Assembly (NCBI RefSeq): GCF_056746865.1
Contig: NZ_CM163382.1
Length of the DNA: 64,000 bases
Direction: 5' to 3' (one strand)
Shown here: positions 34,076-46,684 of the stretch, in pieces
How the letters are laid out: each line of letters starts with the position of its first letter
Numbering within the stretch: the first letter of the stretch is position 1
Made by a program: the position numbers and the translations under genes
The notes under the pieces: generated by a model
The model's input: the letters and a program-made list of their open reading frames with translations, nothing else
The model's database searches: none
What the model was told of the DNA's origin: nothing

Positions 34076-34640
34076 TATTCTGCTCCAATTGTGATGTTTG
34101 TTGTTTTAACCCTTTGCAGTGGGTTGTCGCTGCCTGACCTTTTTTGTTTTTTGCCCGGTCGGGTCAACGTTATGAGGTGGGGATGCCGTACTAATTAACA
34201 TCAGTGTAACAGTGCGGATCCTCCATAAAATGCCCCTCGTGACCTACAATCTGTCAACAGAATGTGAAAACGTCAATACAGCCAACCGGGATTTACACCA
34301 ACGGTGAGAATCCACAAACAAAGATTAAAAAAACTTCAAACAGCTATTTGCAGCAGAGAAATTTGTGCTACTCCAACATGACCAGAACAATCAGCTTAAT
34401 ATTTAGCAACAATTGGTGATTAAGTTTTATGCATTTAGTGAAAAAAATCTGAGGAAAAGGTGGATATCTGAGCGATTAATACCATGAACGCTAAAACGCA
34501 CAGCGGAAAATGCCAGCGCCAGTCATAAGTAACGCAAAAAAAGATTTAAGCAAATATAAAAAAAGACAATGGTTTCTGTCACAAATCCGTTAATGGATAG
34601 TGAGATATGGGGCGCAATTTTGGCAGGGAAATGTGTGGTG
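34076..34640 (-). promoter_or_regulatory. dppA promoter and long 5' leader region
   Basis: About 560-bp AT-rich non-coding region upstream of the dppA ATG. dppA is known to have a long leader regulated post-transcriptionally. Sites not assigned. Confidence 0.45.
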
Positions 34641-34710
34641 TGTAGGTCGAATAAGGTGTTCACGCCGCATCCGACAATAAGTGCGGTGCCGTTGCCTGAT
34701 GCGACGCTGG
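34641..34710. repeat. REP/BIME palindromic units, the second split by IS150
   Basis: REP-like ggtgtgtaggtcgaataaggtgttcacgccgcatccgacaa, then gcctgatgcgacgcTGG immediately abutting the IS. The other half (TGGcgcgtcttatcaggcctacg) follows the IS at 36154-36175. Confidence 0.6.
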
Positions 34711-34711
34711 C

Positions 34712-35466
<755 letters not shown>

Positions 35467-35570
35467 ATCAGCATACTTGTCCTTAGCCTTCTGCAGTGAC
35501 AGCTGGTAGTACAGCGTGCTTCTGGCCAGCCCTGCAGCCTTTAACAGGTCAGACTGGCAGTGTCCGCACC

Positions 35571-36092
35571 TCAGGCTCCGGATGACTTTCGTTTTTTCTC
35601 CAGCTCCTGGCGCTTTTTTTCCAGGAGATGCTCCTGCATGGCTTTCAGATATGCATTTTCTGCGCGAAGATAACGCAGCTCATTCTTCATCTCTTCCGGC
35701 GTCATGTTTGCCTCGTTTTCATGGGTATCATCAGAACGGGTCATACTTTTCTCCTTCCTGCGCCTGATAAAGGCCTCATTACCAGATTTGCGGTAGCCTT
35801 TTATCCAGTTTTTAACCGTGTTGTGGCTGGGAATGTTAAACCGGGCAGCTACCCGGGGTAGAGACTCAGAATGCCCGAGAGCATAAAGAACCACGCAAAG
35901 TTTATCTTCAGGAGAATAGCTACGCTTGTGTCTGCAATCCAGTGCCCGAGGACCGTGAAGAAGAAAAAGATTAATCCAGTGTGAGAGGCTGGTGTGAGAA
36001 AGTTGAAAGAGTTTTGCCGTAGAAATGATGCCTGCATGACCAGCCAGGTAATGATTTACAGCGGCAAGTTTTACTTCAAATGAATGTTTCAT
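35571..36092 (-). CDS. insJ: IS150 transposase OrfA (InsJ; HTH)
   Basis: MKHSFEVKLAAVNHYLAGHAGIISTAKLFQLSHTSLSHWINLFLLHGPRALDCRHKRSYSPEDK... (173 aa). Confidence 0.85.
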   Translation of the reverse strand: MKHSFEVKLAAVNHYLAGHAGIISTAKLFQLSHTSLSHWINLFLLHGPRALDCRHKRSYSPEDKLCVVLYALGHSESLPRVAARFNIPSHNTVKNWIKGYRKSGNEAFIRRRKEKSMTRSDDTHENEANMTPEEMKNELRYLRAENAYLKAMQEHLLEKKRQELEKKRKSSGA

Positions 36093-36221
36093 AAACTGCA
36101 CCTTCAGATGTCAGATTATGTCCAACATTTGGGGTGCAGTTCATGGCGCGTCTTATCAGGCCTACGTCGAGTCGAACCTCCCTGCCCCCGGAGGTTCTCA
36201 TCCTCATGAGCTACAAATGCA

Positions 36222-36247
36222 AAAAAGCCTGCTCGCTGAGCAGGCAT
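36222..36247 (-). terminator. proK terminator
   Basis: gcctgctcgctgagcaggc hairpin followed on the minus strand by U6 (plus-strand A6 at 36231-36236 region). Confidence 0.55.
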
Positions 36248-36255
36248 TTCGAATT

Positions 36256-36332
<77 letters not shown>

Positions 36333-36423
36333 AATGCGGGGCGCATCTTACTGCGCAGATACGCCCTCGTCAATCCCTTAATAGCAAAATGCCTTTTGAT
36401 CGGCGAGAAAGTCAGCAGGCCTC

Positions 36424-38115
36424 TTAGTTAGCCGCCGCCTCTCTTGCCTGCGGGATGTGGCACCAGTTGTTGTTTTCGTTAATTCCACCATCAGGTGAAG
36501 TATAGCCAAGACACCCCATGATGGTGTCGTACAGCTCTACATGACGGCGTGGCACTTTCATGTCGGCTTCTTTTTTCAGCTGCGCAAATGCCTGCGCATT
36601 GACCGGATTTTCCAGATATTTATCTGACATCCAGACCATCATCGGCACGCGGAACTGCTCCGGCGGTGCCAGTTCACGCGGCGTGCCGTGCAGGTGCTCG
36701 CGTTCATTAATTGACTCACCGTGGTCAGCTGCGTAGAACACAATCGCTTTCTTATCGCGAACCTGATCAATCACGCTGGAGATAAAGTGATCCACATAGG
36801 TCACCGAGTTGTCATAGGAGTTGATCATCTGCGCTTTGGTACAGCCGCTATCAACACCAATACATTCCGGCTTCCACTGCGCAAAGCTGCGCGGGTAACG
36901 CTGGGTGTAGTTAAAGTGCGAACCTTTGGTATGCAAAATGATCAGATGCTTGCCATCCGGGTTGCGCCCCAGCGATTGCTGCATTTCGTCTACCAGCAAC
37001 ATATCATCTACCGGCTTGCCACGGTTACGTGGCTCCGCACCAATCTGCTCACGATAAGCAATGTTGTCTGCCATCGTGTTGCTGTAGAACCACATTTCGC
37101 TTTGCATAGCGTAGAGATCAGAACTGAATCCTAACTGCTTCAGCACCGCGAAAATGTTCTGTTCTTTTAATGTGCGCTGCGGATTATCTTCCGCGCCCCC
37201 CTGACGTACAAACATGCAACGCAGTGAGAGTTTAGTTGCGGTATCACAGGAGTAACCACGGAACGCCGCCAGATTTTTCTCCTGGGCCAGCTTCGGCGTG
37301 GTATTACGCTCATAGCCGAAAATGCCCATATGGTCCCAACGCGTGGTTTCACCAATGATAAACACGACATAAGTGTCATCAACGTTTTGCGGTGCCTGGT
37401 AAGTGAATTTCTTCGCCGGGTTAAGCAATGAATTATTATCGGAAGATTCATCGACCCGCGCCCAGGCATACAGCCCCAATGCCGAAAGCCAGTTTGATGG
37501 CAGATAAGAGTTCGCTACGACGCCGCCATAGCTGGGCAAATCAACACCGGTCGCCCTCTCCACTTTCTTCTGCTGGATATCCAGCAAACGAATCGGTGCC
37601 CAAACCATAATACCCGCCAGTACGACGACCGCCAGGCTGCGAATACGCTGCCCTGGGGTTCGCAGTTGTCGGAGCAAGGAGTAGCGACAGCGGTTATTCC
37701 AGATAAGGATAAGAGGCAATGCGCTAACGGCGATTAACCAGAGAATAAAGTTCAGACCAACAACTTCTTTTGACAGGTCGATATCGGTGGTCATGACGGA
37801 AGCGATGATGCCATAACCAATGACCACATTAAGGAAGGTCATGTAATAGCTGGCACCTGCGGAAAAGAGCACCACCAGCGACGCCAGAATACGCCAGCTA
37901 CGGCGGCCAAACAGCGAAAGAAGACGCAGTAAAAAGAAGGTTACCAGTACGGTGGCAGCCAGTTCAACAACAGCAGAAATGCCTTTCCAGACGGTAAAAT
38001 CGTGCGCATAGCTGCCGAAGCGGCGGTAAAAAACCGCGCCATTCATAAAAAGGCCAATATAGATTGCAAGCAAAAAGCTCAGCTTCTGCTGTGTAATCGA
38101 TTTGATGTATCTCAT
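36424..38115 (-). CDS. eptB: Kdo2-lipid A phosphoethanolamine transferase EptB
   Basis: ATG at 38113-38115 gives [41 protein letters not shown]... (563 aa). Confidence 0.9.
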   Translation of the reverse strand: MRYIKSITQQKLSFLLAIYIGLFMNGAVFYRRFGSYAHDFTVWKGISAVVELAATVLVTFFLLRLLSLFGRRSWRILASLVVLFSAGASYYMTFLNVVIGYGIIASVMTTDIDLSKEVVGLNFILWLIAVSALPLILIWNNRCRYSLLRQLRTPGQRIRSLAVVVLAGIMVWAPIRLLDIQQKKVERATGVDLPSYGGVVANSYLPSNWLSALGLYAWARVDESSDNNSLLNPAKKFTYQAPQNVDDTYVVFIIGETTRWDHMGIFGYERNTTPKLAQEKNLAAFRGYSCDTATKLSLRCMFVRQGGAEDNPQRTLKEQNIFAVLKQLGFSSDLYAMQSEMWFYSNTMADNIAYREQIGAEPRNRGKPVDDMLLVDEMQQSLGRNPDGKHLIILHTKGSHFNYTQRYPRSFAQWKPECIGVDSGCTKAQMINSYDNSVTYVDHFISSVIDQVRDKKAIVFYAADHGESINEREHLHGTPRELAPPEQFRVPMMVWMSDKYLENPVNAQAFAQLKKEADMKVPRRHVELYDTIMGCLGYTSPDGGINENNNWCHIPQAREAAAN

Positions 38116-38438
38116 GCAAACAAACCCTGGACAAACAGGTGATAACACCCTGCTTAACGGCTTTTCAGGCCCGGCAGGGGAAAAGTGCGGAGGTAGTCAG
38201 ATAAGTAAAATCTACACGCGCGAATAAGTAGACCACAGCAAAGGGAAAAAGTGTGGGGAAAGAGTGTGCACGAAGCACAAATTTACAAAAATGCAAGTTT
38301 GAAAAGAGACTTTAGCGTTACAAAAAGCAGTAAAAAGGGCCAGTTAACTGGCCCAAATTTTACGCGTCATTGTTTATACATTGCGTTGAAGCGTTTGATT
38401 CACACTAAGGCTAAAGCCCAGTAGCTCGCGGCAGATGA

Positions 38439-39647
38439 TTAAAGGGAGCCATGCGCCTCACGCAACATTTTCTGCTCTGGCTGACGAATCGTCGTAGAGA
38501 GCGCCAGTGACAGAATCAGCAGGGCGAAAATCACGTAGAAGGTCACATAGAAGCCGCCAAACAGTGAGGCGATAATCGACCCACAAATGCTGCCGATACC
38601 GAAACCGAGATAAATCACACCGTAGTTTTTCGCCAGGTTATTGAGGCCGAAGAACTCACTGACCAGTGACGGGAACACCGTGATAGTGCCGCCAAAGTTA
38701 AACGCCACGCAGGCAATCGCTGCAAAGAACGTCACTGCATTCAATGGTGCAAACAGCAGGGCCGCCATACCCACCAGCGAAATCACCTGACCAATGGTGA
38801 TAACACGGATTCGGGCGATTTTGTCAGACAGTATCCCCAGAACCAGACGACCTGAAAGGTTGGCGATGGAAATAACAGTGACTGCATTGGCTGCGGAAAC
38901 CACATCAAGGTGTGCCAGACTTTGGGCGATATCTTTCGCTACCCCAATCACGTACAGGCCGCTCATGCAGGCAGTCAGGAACATTACCGCTAACATCCAG
39001 TACTGCGGTTTACGCATCGACTCTGCCAGCGTGTAATCTTTCTCCACGATACCATTGCTGGTTTTCACTTCCTGTTTTGGTGCGTCTTTCATTAACGTTG
39101 CGCCGAAAACAATCATCACCAGCGCAATCGCTCCCCAAATCACAAATGTTTTTTCCAGACCCACCGTTTCGAGCAGCTGCGTGTCGATAAATTTGAACCC
39201 CAGGCTACCCAGACCATAAGAACCGATAGCGAACGCGGAGATCAGACCTTTACGCTCCGGGAACCACTTCACGCAGTTAGAGAGCGTCAGCAGGTAACCC
39301 GCGCCATCCGCCAGACCGACCAGCACACCGGCGCTTAACCACAGCATCATCAGGTTGTCAGAATGCGCTGTCAGGAAGAAGCCTAATCCCAGCAAAATGC
39401 CGGAAGCCATAGTGACGCGTTTAACGCCAAAACGTTCCTGTAATTTCCCCGCAACAGAAGATGAAATTGCCAGCCCCAGACTTAACAAGCCGAAAGAGAA
39501 AGCGACCTGGCTTACCGGCGCATCCAGCTTGGCAGAAAGCGCGCCGTTAAACAGGCTCCAGGTATAAACCGACCCCAGCGCAAACTGGGTAATGATAGTA
39601 CCGATGAGTGTCAACCAGCGGGTACGCTGATAATTTGAAGGTGTCAT
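38439..39647 (-). CDS. yhjX: MFS transporter YhjX
   Basis: ATG at 39645-39647 gives MTPSNYQRTRWLTLIGTIITQFALGSVYTWSLFNGAL... (402 aa). Confidence 0.9.
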   Translation of the reverse strand: MTPSNYQRTRWLTLIGTIITQFALGSVYTWSLFNGALSAKLDAPVSQVAFSFGLLSLGLAISSSVAGKLQERFGVKRVTMASGILLGLGFFLTAHSDNLMMLWLSAGVLVGLADGAGYLLTLSNCVKWFPERKGLISAFAIGSYGLGSLGFKFIDTQLLETVGLEKTFVIWGAIALVMIVFGATLMKDAPKQEVKTSNGIVEKDYTLAESMRKPQYWMLAVMFLTACMSGLYVIGVAKDIAQSLAHLDVVSAANAVTVISIANLSGRLVLGILSDKIARIRVITIGQVISLVGMAALLFAPLNAVTFFAAIACVAFNFGGTITVFPSLVSEFFGLNNLAKNYGVIYLGFGIGSICGSIIASLFGGFYVTFYVIFALLILSLALSTTIRQPEQKMLREAHGSL

Positions 39648-39875
39648 GGCAGTATTCCTGCAGTAATAAAAAGGAAAAATCTCTGCTGACAACCATAACG
39701 AAGTGCACTTTATGCCTGGGGAAAAACGGCATGAAATGCCATCAGAACGGAATGAAATGCATTAGTTCAGGAATGAATGACTCGACAATTATTCACCAAA
39801 TTTATTATTTAGTAAGTTAGCACCCACTATCGCCACAACTGTTGTTATCCAATGGTTTCAATTGTATCTATAACG

Positions 39876-40574
39876 TTAAAATCTGGCACTAACCCCCATC
39901 GTATACAGATAGTCGCTATTGTTAGTGGTATTTTCTGTCTGAGATAGCGCCGCATAGGCAGCAATATTTTGATTGAGCAACATATCAGCGCCTACGGTGA
40001 CATCCAGCCAGTTGCCGTTCTGGTTTGTCGCCGTCATCCGGCTCAGGCCTGATTGCGCCTTCCAGATATTCTCGCCAAATTGCTGGTTATAGCTGATTTG
40101 CGCCCAGGGTCGGAGATCGCCAAGCCGGGAGTCAACACGCCAGCCTAAGGTACTCACGCTGGCATGCCATAACGGATCGGCCAGCGTGGTAGTACTGTCG
40201 CCAAACTCGTTATACATCGAGGTGGTTGTGCCATCGTAATGTAATGCCGCGACCGGGCCGGTTGTAACCTGCTCATATAAAGGAAAATTCCAGCCCATAC
40301 TCATACTGCTGGTCACATCCACAGGAGTTTCTTCCGCCAGATTGACTTCCAGTCCCAGCGCCCTTTGGCTACTTTGAATACGTTGCGACAAAATATCGTT
40401 GTAATCAGGTTGATGATCACTATCCCAGGTGTAACGCTCTGTGGAATGTCCGGGTTGCGTATCAACGATATATTCTTGTTGCCAGGCGTAAGCTGTGTTG
40501 AGAAAAAAGGCACTGATTACCACACTCGCCAGCAGGCTTAGCTGCCAGCGACCACCGCTTTTTTTTATGATCAT
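39876..40574 (-). CDS. yhjY: Autotransporter beta-domain-like outer membrane protein YhjY
   Basis: ATG at 40572-40574 gives MIIKKSGGRWQLSLLASVVISAFFLNTAYA... (232 aa) with a signal peptide and C-terminal ...SARF. Confidence 0.85.
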   Translation of the reverse strand: MIIKKSGGRWQLSLLASVVISAFFLNTAYAWQQEYIVDTQPGHSTERYTWDSDHQPDYNDILSQRIQSSQRALGLEVNLAEETPVDVTSSMSMGWNFPLYEQVTTGPVAALHYDGTTTSMYNEFGDSTTTLADPLWHASVSTLGWRVDSRLGDLRPWAQISYNQQFGENIWKAQSGLSRMTATNQNGNWLDVTVGADMLLNQNIAAYAALSQTENTTNNSDYLYTMGVSARF

Positions 40575-40731
40575 TAACACGACTCCAGGGAAGAGCCGAA
40601 TTCGGCAATATTATTGTCATTGTATGAAGGATATCGGGCATAGTAGCCCTGTATTAAATATTGACTTTTTCACCGATGCGTCAAGAAAAGCGGCTGAAAT
40701 TTTTACGATCGGGTACATAGCGAGGGAAAGT

Positions 40732-41295
40732 ATGGAACGTTGCGGCTGGGTGAGTCAGGACCCGCTTTATATTGCCTACCATGATAATGAATGGGGCGTG
40801 CCTGAAACTGACAGTAAAAAACTGTTCGAAATGATCTGCCTTGAAGGGCAGCAGGCTGGGTTATCGTGGATCACCGTCCTCAAAAAACGCGAAAACTATC
40901 GCGCCAGCTTTCATCAGTTCGATCCGGTGAAGGTGGCTGCAATGCAGGAAGAGGATGTCGAAAGACTGGTACAGGACGCCGGGATTATCCGCCATCGCGG
41001 GAAAATTCAGGCAATTATTGGTAATGCGCGGGCGTACCTGCAAATGGAACAGAACGGCGAACCGTTTGCCGACTTTGTCTGGTCGTTTGTCAATCATCAA
41101 CCACAGGTGACACAAGCCACAACGTTGAGCGAAATCCCTACATCTACGCCCGCCTCCGACGCTCTATCTAAAGCCCTGAAAAAGCGTGGTTTTAAGTTTG
41201 TTGGTACCACAATCTGTTACTCCTTTATGCAGGCATGTGGGCTGGTGAATGATCATGTGGTTGGCTGCTGTTGCTATCCGGGAAATAAACCATGA
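40732..41295 (+). CDS. tag: 3-methyladenine DNA glycosylase I
   Basis: ATG at 40732 gives MERCGWVSQDPLYIAYHDNEWGVPETDSKKLFEMICLEGQQAGLSWITVLKKRENYR... (187 aa). Confidence 0.92.
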   Translation: MERCGWVSQDPLYIAYHDNEWGVPETDSKKLFEMICLEGQQAGLSWITVLKKRENYRASFHQFDPVKVAAMQEEDVERLVQDAGIIRHRGKIQAIIGNARAYLQMEQNGEPFADFVWSFVNHQPQVTQATTLSEIPTSTPASDALSKALKKRGFKFVGTTICYSFMQACGLVNDHVVGCCCYPGNKP

Positions 41296-41732
41296 TTCGG
41301 GAAGCGCAACGTTCAGAACTCCCCGCGATCCTCGAACTGTGGCTGGAAAGTACAACCTGGGGGCATCCCTTTATAAAAGCGAATTACTGGCGTGATTGCA
41401 TTCCGCTGGTGCGGGATGCCTATCTTGCCAACGCGCAAAACTGGGTCTGGGAAGAAGACGGTAAGTTTCTCGGTTTTGTCAGCATTATGGAAGGCCGATT
41501 TCTGGCTGCAATGTTTGTCGCACCGAAGGCCGTCAGACGCGGTATTGGTAAGGCGCTGATGCAGTATGTGCAGCAGCGCCATCCCCATCTGATGCTGGAG
41601 GTTTATCAAAAAAATCAACCGGCGATAGATTTCTACCATGCGCAGGGTTTTCACATTGTCGACTGCGCATGGCAGGATGAAACCCAACTACCCACCTGGA
41701 TTATGAGCTGGCCGGTGGTTCAAACGCTGTAA
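41292..41732 (+). CDS. yiaC: GNAT-family N-acetyltransferase YiaC
   Basis: 146-aa [39 protein letters not shown].... 4-nt overlap with tag. Confidence 0.9.
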   Translation: MIREAQRSELPAILELWLESTTWGHPFIKANYWRDCIPLVRDAYLANAQNWVWEEDGKFLGFVSIMEGRFLAAMFVAPKAVRRGIGKALMQYVQQRHPHLMLEVYQKNQPAIDFYHAQGFHIVDCAWQDETQLPTWIMSWPVVQTL

Positions 41733-44034
41733 GTGTCAGTTCCGGACCGTTGTATTTTTCCAGCCATGCCAGCGCCGTATTACCCGCACAGCCATTCCCC
41801 AGCCGCGAGCTGGGGAGATCTTTGGTCAGAACGTTCACCGCGCCGTTTTTACAAATACCGTCAGCGGTTAAATCCAGATCCGGCCAAGCCCCTTCATGAA
41901 TACAAATCACGCCAGGTTTAATTCCCTCGCTAATGACCGCTCCGGCAAGAATTTGCCCGCGTGCGTTCCACAACCGAACAATATCGCCATCTTGTATGCC
42001 GCGCGCCTGGGCATCGTCAGGATGAATGGTGACAGGCTCACGATTTGCCACCGCGTACAATTCGCGCAGAGAACTGTAATTCAGCTGGCTGTGCAGACGA
42101 TGTGCCGGATGAGCAGAAAGTACCTGCAACTGTTCCGGTTCGGCATTGCCCTGCCATTCGTCCGGCTCCAGCCACATTGGATGCCCAGGGCAATCCGGAT
42201 AAGCGTAATCGGCAATACGCTGCGAGAAGATTTCAATCTTGCCGCTGGCGGTTTTTAATGGATGCGCCTGCGGATCGCGGCGAAAATCGGCGAAGCGAAT
42301 AAACCGCTCACTGTCCGGGTTTTCCGGCATCTCAATTAACTGGTTGGCTTTCCAGAACTCAGCAAATGGCGGCAATTCAACCTGCTGGCTTGCCCCGCGC
42401 TGCCGGGCAACGTTATAAAACGTTTCCAGCCATTGCAGCTCACTTTGTCCTTCCGTAAACCGCGCATAGCCGCCCTTCTCCCAACGTTCACTCAACTCGG
42501 CAAAGACATCAAAATCATTACGCGCTTCATAACGTGGCGGCACCACTTGTTTCATCGGCACCAGATGCTGATTACTGTAATCACCGGTCATGGTGAGATC
42601 ATTACGCTCAAAAGAGGTAGTCGCAGGCAGAACGATATCCGCGTGTTTCGCCGCAGCCGTCCAGAAGCATTCAGAGATCACCACCAGCTCCGGTTTTTGC
42701 CAGGCACGGATCAGGCGATTGGTATCCTGATGATGAGTAAAGTTGGCACCGCCCGCCCACCAGATAAAACGAATATCCGGGAAATGTCGGTTCATACCGT
42801 TGTGTTGATATGCGCCACCAGGGTTTTCCAGTGCTTCAACAATGCGGGCAACAGGGATTTTATCTACCGCATCGGTGCCGCCAGGCAAGCTGCCCTGCAT
42901 GGAAGAGAGCACCGCAGAACGCCGCGTGGGGTTACCACCATTGGCAAAATGATAAGAAAGACCAAAACCGCCGCCGGGTGTGCCGATTTGCCCCAACATT
43001 GCCGCCAGCGTGACGATCATCCAATGTTTTTGCTCACCAAACTGTTGACGCTGCATTCCCCAGCCAGCCATCAGCATGGTCGTGTTTTGGTGGAAAAGAG
43101 CCGCCAGCTCGCGGATTTTCTCTGCGTTAACCCCACAAATCCCTGCCGCCCATTCGGCGGTTTTGGCTATTCCGTCACTCTCGCCCAGCAAATAAGAGGC
43201 GAAGACGGCATAACCGGTGGTGCAACGCGCCAGAAACGCTTCGTCGTGCCAACCATTTTCCACCAGCGTATAGGCGATCCCCAGCATCAGCGCAACATCG
43301 GTGCCCATGTGCGGTGCCACCCACTCCATTTTATCGCCAAAGAACTCAACGGTTTCCGATCGCATTGGATCAATGCAGATCAGCTTTTTCCCGCTGTCAC
43401 GCAGTGCAGAAAAGTAAGAAAGCCCCTGCTCATCGGATGCATTCCACGCAATTTTCAGCGTATTGAGTGGGTTAGCACTCCACAGCACCACGACATCGCT
43501 ATGTTCCAGCACCAACGGCCAACTGGTTTGCTGTTGATAAACTTCGCTGCCCCCCACGACATACGGCATGATCGCCTGTGCTGCACCGGTCGAATAATCC
43601 CCCAGATGCCCGGTATAACCGCCTGCCAGCGCCATATAGCGTTGTAATAATGTCGAGGCCTTATGCAGCACGCCGTTTGAACGCCAGCCGTAGGAACCAG
43701 CAAAAATCGATGCCGGACCATAAGCCTCACGAATGCGTTTATGTTGTTGGTGAATAAGATCCAGCGCCTCATCCCAACTCACACGAACAAATTCATCCTG
43801 CCCGCGAATGCCTTGCGGTTTTTCCGGTGACGCAAGAAAGCCTTTGCGCACCATTGGAAATCGTACCCGCGTATTGCTGTGAACCTGGTCGCGAACCGCG
43901 CTCTGCAAGGAGTTTTCCATTCCTGTGGTTAACGCGCCACGCGAGCTAAGCACGGTTTCGCCGTCGGTTTCAACCAGCATGGGCCCCCAGTGGGCGGCAG
44001 TCAGAACGGAATATCGTGAGGATGAGTTGGCCAA
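41701..44034 (-). CDS. bisC: Biotin sulfoxide reductase (molybdopterin oxidoreductase)
   Basis: 777-aa [53 protein letters not shown].... 3' end overlaps the yiaC 3' end by 32 nt. Confidence 0.93.
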   Translation of the reverse strand: MANSSSRYSVLTAAHWGPMLVETDGETVLSSRGALTTGMENSLQSAVRDQVHSNTRVRFPMVRKGFLASPEKPQGIRGQDEFVRVSWDEALDLIHQQHKRIREAYGPASIFAGSYGWRSNGVLHKASTLLQRYMALAGGYTGHLGDYSTGAAQAIMPYVVGGSEVYQQQTSWPLVLEHSDVVVLWSANPLNTLKIAWNASDEQGLSYFSALRDSGKKLICIDPMRSETVEFFGDKMEWVAPHMGTDVALMLGIAYTLVENGWHDEAFLARCTTGYAVFASYLLGESDGIAKTAEWAAGICGVNAEKIRELAALFHQNTTMLMAGWGMQRQQFGEQKHWMIVTLAAMLGQIGTPGGGFGLSYHFANGGNPTRRSAVLSSMQGSLPGGTDAVDKIPVARIVEALENPGGAYQHNGMNRHFPDIRFIWWAGGANFTHHQDTNRLIRAWQKPELVVISECFWTAAAKHADIVLPATTSFERNDLTMTGDYSNQHLVPMKQVVPPRYEARNDFDVFAELSERWEKGGYARFTEGQSELQWLETFYNVARQRGASQQVELPPFAEFWKANQLIEMPENPDSERFIRFADFRRDPQAHPLKTASGKIEIFSQRIADYAYPDCPGHPMWLEPDEWQGNAEPEQLQVLSAHPAHRLHSQLNYSSLRELYAVANREPVTIHPDDAQARGIQDGDIVRLWNARGQILAGAVISEGIKPGVICIHEGAWPDLDLTADGICKNGAVNVLTKDLPSSRLGNGCAGNTALAWLEKYNGPELTLTAFEPPASS

Positions 44035-44186
44035 ACCGAAGGCTCCTGAAAGGTTAGATGTATTGAGCAGTTAAATATTACTTACAAATTTCCGAGTATT
44101 CCCAGGAATAATCTTCATGTTCACGCGGCATAATCTCCCGCCACGGAACCCGTGGCAAAGAATAAAAAGGTTATTAAGGATTAACA

Positions 44187-44846
44187 ATGAAGAAACGTGT
44201 TTATCTTATTGCCGCCGTAGTGAGTGGCGCTCTGGCGGTATCTGGCTGCACAACTAACCCTTACACTGGCGAACGCGAAGCAGGTAAATCTGCTATCGGC
44301 GCAGGTCTGGGCTCTCTCGTTGGCGCGGGTATTGGTGCGCTCTCTTCTTCGAAGAAAGATCGCGGTAAAGGCGCGCTGATTGGCGCAGCAGCAGGCGCAG
44401 CTTTGGGCGGCGGCGTGGGTTATTACATGGATGTGCAGGAAGCGAAGCTGCGTGACAAAATGCGCGGCACTGGTGTTAGCGTAACCCGCAGCGGGGATAA
44501 CATTATCCTCAATATGCCGAACAATGTGACCTTCGACAGCAGCAGCGCGACCCTGAAACCGGCAGGCGCTAACACCCTGACCGGCGTGGCAATGGTGCTG
44601 AAAGAGTATCCGAAAACGGCGGTTAACGTGATTGGTTATACCGACAGCACGGGTGGTCACGACCTGAACATGCGTCTCTCCCAGCAGCGTGCGGATTCCG
44701 TTGCCAGCGCGTTGATCACCCAGGGCGTGGACGCCAGCCGCATCCGTACTCAGGGCCTTGGCCCGGCTAACCCAATCGCCAGCAACAGCACCGCAGAAGG
44801 TAAGGCGCAAAACCGCCGTGTAGAAATTACCTTAAGCCCGCTGTAA
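44187..44846 (+). CDS. yiaD: OmpA-family outer membrane lipoprotein YiaD
   Basis: 219-aa ORF MKKRVYLIAAVVSGALAVSGCTTNPYTGE... with a lipobox and a C-terminal OmpA-like domain (...NRRVEITL). Confidence 0.92.
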   Translation: MKKRVYLIAAVVSGALAVSGCTTNPYTGEREAGKSAIGAGLGSLVGAGIGALSSSKKDRGKGALIGAAAGAALGGGVGYYMDVQEAKLRDKMRGTGVSVTRSGDNIILNMPNNVTFDSSSATLKPAGANTLTGVAMVLKEYPKTAVNVIGYTDSTGGHDLNMRLSQQRADSVASALITQGVDASRIRTQGLGPANPIASNSTAEGKAQNRRVEITLSPL

Positions 44847-44860
44847 TCCCTTTCATGCCA

Positions 44861-44895
44861 GGTGATGCAGAAATCACCTGGCATTCTTCAGTTTT
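44861..44895 (+). terminator. yiaD terminator
   Basis: gccaggtgat-gcagaa-atcacctggc hairpin followed by a T-rich tail (attcttcagtttt). Confidence 0.55.
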
Positions 44896-44949
44896 CCTTC
44901 ATCATATTTCAGGCTAAGGTGATCGCCTTATCAGTGAATGGAGAGAAGC

Positions 44950-45924
44950 ATGAAGCCGTCCGTTATCCTCTACAAAGCCTTACCTGATGATTTACTGCAA
45001 CGCCTGCAAGAGCATTTCACCGTTCACCAGGTGGCAAACCTCAGCCCACAAACCATCGAACAAAATGCAGCAATTTTTGCCGAAGCTGAAGGTTTACTGG
45101 GTTCAAACGAGAATGTTGATGCCGCATTGCTGGGAAAAATGCCGAAACTGCGTGCCACATCAACGATCTCCGTCGGCTATGACAATTTTGATGTCGATGC
45201 GCTTACCGCCCGAAAAATTCTGCTGATGCACACGCCAACCGTATTAACAGAAACCGTCGCCGATACGCTGATGGCGCTGGTGTTGTCTACCGCTCGTCGG
45301 GTTGTGGAGGTAGCAGAACGGGTAAAAGCAGGCGAATGGACCGCGAGCATAGGCCCGGACTGGTACGGCACTGACGTTCACCATAAAACACTGGGCATTG
45401 TCGGGATGGGACGGATCGGCATGGCGCTGGCACAACGTGCGCACTTTGGCTTCAATATGCCCATCCTCTATAACGCGCGCCGCCACCATAAAGAAGCAGA
45501 AGAACGCTTCAACGCCCGCTACTGCGATTTGGATTCACTGTTACAAGAGTCAGATTTCGTTTGCCTGATCCTGCCGTTAACTGATGAGACGTATCATCTA
45601 TTTGGCGCAGAACAATTCGGCAAAATGAAATCCTCCGCCATTTTCATTAATGCCGGACGTGGCCCGGTGGTTGATGAAAATGCACTGATTGCTGCATTGC
45701 AGAAAGGCGAAATTCACGCCGCCGGGCTGGATGTCTTCGAACAAGAGCCACTGTCTGTAGATTCGCCGTTGCTCTCAATGGCCAACGTCGTCGCGGTACC
45801 GCATATTGGTTCAGCCACTCATGAGACGCGTTATGGCATGGCTGCCTGTGCCGTGGATAACTTGATTGATGCGTTACAAGGAAAGGTTGAGAAGAACTGT
45901 GTAAATCCGCACGTCGCGGACTAA
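44950..45924 (+). CDS. ghrB: Glyoxylate/hydroxypyruvate reductase B
   Basis: ATG at 44950 gives [51 protein letters not shown]... (324 aa); D-2-hydroxyacid dehydrogenase fold (GMGRIG). Confidence 0.92.
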   Translation: MKPSVILYKALPDDLLQRLQEHFTVHQVANLSPQTIEQNAAIFAEAEGLLGSNENVDAALLGKMPKLRATSTISVGYDNFDVDALTARKILLMHTPTVLTETVADTLMALVLSTARRVVEVAERVKAGEWTASIGPDWYGTDVHHKTLGIVGMGRIGMALAQRAHFGFNMPILYNARRHHKEAEERFNARYCDLDSLLQESDFVCLILPLTDETYHLFGAEQFGKMKSSAIFINAGRGPVVDENALIAALQKGEIHAAGLDVFEQEPLSVDSPLLSMANVVAVPHIGSATHETRYGMAACAVDNLIDALQGKVEKNCVNPHVAD

Positions 45925-45973
45925 GCCGCGACTGCGTGGAGTAAAGCCCGATAATCGCTCGGGCTTTTACTCT

Positions 45974-46684
45974 TTATTGGGTTGCAGTAACTGCTGTAGT
46001 CCAGGCCTGATTAAACGCCTGATGCTGTGCCGGTAATGGCGCAATCAGTTTGTTATATTCACTTGCCTGCTGCGAAGTCGGGAACTGGATGCCATTTGCG
46101 ACAAAGCTCACCTGAGTACCTTGCTGAGCAATGTAGTCTCCAACCATCACCAGTTGTTGCGTGAAAGTTTGTGCCGCCGGAATCAACGGTTGCAACGCAT
46201 CAGCTGGCGTCGTTACCACTTTGGTGAATGCCTGATCGAAGACCGGTTTCAGGTCATCGCTCTGTTTTAGCGCAGAGTGCGCAGCATCGGCCTGCAACTT
46301 CGCATTTTGCAGCTGTTGCGCCAGTACACCCAGAGAACCGTTCATTTCACGCAGTGGGCCGCTTTGCGTAACGTAATCCTGCGGTACGCGAATTGCGTTA
46401 ACGCTGTCTACAACCGGGCGCAGACCGGAATCCATCGCCTGATTCACCTGCTGTGAATAACCATACAGAATCGCGTAATCAGAGACAAAAGGACCAAATT
46501 GTTTTTTCTGATCGGCAGTCAGGGTAGGTAGACGTTCACCGCTACGCATCACTGTATTCTGCAGGAAGTCGATAAACGCTTTACGCTGATCGCCTTCTTT
46601 ATCAAAACACCCACTCAGGCTAACTACCATTAATAACGCCGCAAGAGGCGCAAACCAGCGAGAGCAGGACTTTCCTGTCGCCAT
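45974..46684 (-). CDS. yiaF: Lipoprotein YiaF
   Basis: ATG at 46682-46684 gives MATGKSCSRWFAPLAALLMVVSLSGCFDKEGDQRKAFIDF... (236 aa). Confidence 0.88.
   Translation of the reverse strand: MATGKSCSRWFAPLAALLMVVSLSGCFDKEGDQRKAFIDFLQNTVMRSGERLPTLTADQKKQFGPFVSDYAILYGYSQQVNQAMDSGLRPVVDSVNAIRVPQDYVTQSGPLREMNGSLGVLAQQLQNAKLQADAAHSALKQSDDLKPVFDQAFTKVVTTPADALQPLIPAAQTFTQQLVMVGDYIAQQGTQVSFVANGIQFPTSQQASEYNKLIAPLPAQHQAFNQAWTTAVTATQ

Noticed and set aside
39608-39820. 70-aa ORF in the yhjX-yhjY intergenic region
   Set aside because: Lies in a divergent promoter region; Cys/Asn-rich, low-complexity translation with no RBS.
42433-43647. 404-aa plus-strand ORF inside bisC
   Set aside because: Antisense to bisC; composition typical of a shadow ORF.
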